Assembly (NCBI GenBank): GCA_028534125.1
Contig: CM052816.1
Coordinates: 21,516,001-21,580,000 of the forward strand
DNA: 64,000 bases
From: Lama glama
Taxonomy: Eukaryota
Direction of reading: 5' to 3'
Within the stretch, counting starts at the first letter, position 1. Each line of letters opens with the position of its first letter. Below, in pieces: positions 62,051 to 64,000 of the stretch. The notes under the pieces are model-generated. The model saw only the letters and a program-made list of their open reading frames with translations, did no database searches and was not told the origin of the DNA. The translations under genes were made by a program, and so were the position numbers.

Positions 62051-63329
62051 GGGGCACTCTTAACTGGGAATCCTGCATCTGTGTCTCCTCCTGGAGACTC
62101 AGCTGCCCAGTCTCACGATTGAGCCCCTGGGTCACAGAGACCTGTCCCACAGAGGCCTTGTCCCAGTACATTTGGACTCAGTCATGGGCCCTGGGCAGAG
62201 AAGGTGGTTATGGGACTGGCAGAACCTGGTCCTTGGACTGGGAAGACTGGCAGCTCTGGGCACCACTCCTCTTAGCTGTTGTGCCCACCACCCTCACTAG
62301 GATGCTTACCTCTGCGAGGGTTGATATGGCTGCTGCAGCCCTGTGAAGGTGGAGCTGTTGGTCTCGGGGAGCCAGAGGTGCCTAGGCAGCTCAAGGACTC
62401 CTCAACTTTGGTGTATAGGCCGTGTGTGGGGAGCGGGTGTCTGAAGGATTAAGGCGAGTGCTGGCGGCTGCTGTGAGTGGGGAGCCTGGTCTCTGCAGGT
62501 TTGCATCTGAGAAAGTGGTGCCGGCCTGTGCGGGTAGCTCGGGTATTTTTCCACCTGCTTTTCTGCCTAATGGCTTCCCTGGCTGCCCGTCATCCCCTCT
62601 GCTTCTGCCTATGGAGGTGGGGCTGGGACCTGGTCTGCAGAGGAAGAGGAATGGGTATGGAACAGTAGACTCTTCCACCAAGCCGTCCTATTACCCTTAG
62701 GGGTAGTTCGGTCTCTCCCCAGATCATCTGACCAGTCCATTCTGCACCAATCACTATTTTTAATGGAAATTATATATTGGCATTGAACATAAAGTTCACC
62801 AAAGTTGTATGTACACGTAAGGCAAGTTGTGGGTCATCATGACCCTCACAGGATTGAGAAAGGAATGTTATATTCTAAGGAGTTACATGGCTGGCACCAG
62901 AAGGAGAAAAATGGATCTTTATGGTTGAGTAGGAATTTCTGCCATTGGGGAGGTGTGATTAACACACATGCAGATACACACTAGAGGGGAAGGAGGAGGC
63001 CAAAGATCAGAGAAAACCTTTTATGTTTAAATTTTTTGTTTATCTTAAAATCTGGACTTTTACTTCATCAACCCTAGTCAATGCAGAGTAAGCACAGATC
63101 ACACTATTCTCCGGTAGGAAAGGACTTTAGCCAGTTATTCCCAAATGAGTCTCTAGATTCAAGGCAACCCCAGTCGCAGTTCAAAGAGGTTTGTTGTCTG
63201 TTTTTTTTTTTTTCTTTTCCAGAGCCTGATTCTGAATCTAAACCTCTGGACAATTGGAAATGTACAAGAATAGCCTTGACTTGTTTCTAAGTGAAGAACA
63301 AGGAAGAGAGATGGGCATGTTAAACTCTT

Positions 63330-63760
63330 TAAAAGGTAATAATTAAATCAACATGATATTGTCTCAGTAATAGAACAGATTAGTGGAATAGAGTCCAATA
63401 ACAAAGATTCTCGCAAAATTATGGGACGTTCTGACCTATCATTAAGAAATTAAACCTCAGAAAAATGCATGAATGGTTTAGAGCAATTCACAGAACACTT
63501 GGAGGGAGACCATTCTGTTGCCCTTGGCTCAGCACTCAACAGCAAACATTACAAATATCTGTTCAATGAATGCTCATCCCTGGTAATCAGAGACATGCTA
63601 ATTAAAGCAACTATATACCGGGTTTTACCTATCAAATTGGCAGAAATGAAAAAGAACTGATAATACCCTGTGAGGAAAGGTGTAGTATCGTGTGGTGATG
63701 GTGAGAGTCTGAATTGATAAATCTTTTATGATCTGTGCTAGTACAAAACTGAAAAGAGCA
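63330..63760 (+). mobile_element. Old L1 fragments
   Basis: gaatgctcatccctggtaatcagagacatgctaattaaagcaac...cctatcaaattggcagaaat. Confidence 0.55.
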
Positions 63761-64000
63761 CAAACATACATCACTCGGGGCTCACTAAATAACTAAACTA
63801 GGCTGCTTCCTGTTCTGAGCAAGCTAAGGAGAGGGTAGATGCATGTGACCTGGAGTCCAGGACGAGTCATCGGGTGTTAACAGCCACAATTCACCAACTC
63901 CGATACCATTTCTATTTTTCAAAAGTGCAAGTCTGTATCCTTGTGTGTGCCACCGAGCTGTGAAAGGCTCAAGGCCCCCCACCACGCTGTCACCGCCAGG

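Noticed and set aside
62750..63070. Possible additional LTR fragment
   Set aside because: Could not define termini, TSD or family with confidence.
1..64000. CRISPR arrays, tRNA/rRNA genes or prokaryote-type systems
   Set aside because: No regularly spaced repeat-spacer arrays or RNA-gene signatures seen; the sequence is mammalian throughout.

Overview
Mammalian genomic DNA, probably camelid. That call is inferred from the young L1 3' ends and from the absence of Alu, BovB/Bov-tA, CHR, PRE1, Can and ERE SINEs. The window holds one gene on the minus strand: the intron-containing locus of SLC22A4 (OCTN1/ETT, the ergothioneine transporter), from ATG at 50970 to TGA at 11740, with a CpG-island promoter at about 50.5-51.8 kb. 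Nine of the ten expected coding exons can be read directly. The gene looks inactivated: 1-bp deletions in exons 4, 5 and 9, a GT>AT donor mutation after exon 4, no recognisable exon 6, a G>T change at the last base of exon 8, and several radical or CpG-type missense changes. It is therefore a candidate unitary pseudogene, meaning lineage-specific loss of the ergothioneine transporter; raw reads are needed to exclude assembly error. The rest is interspersed repeats (L1, L2, MIR, MaLR/ERV LTRs, Tigger1, MER3/5/20/45), microsatellites and a 500-N gap flanked by an identical 125-bp duplication. Human reference exon sizes, residues and repeat family names are recalled from memory, not searched. Repeat boundaries are approximate.
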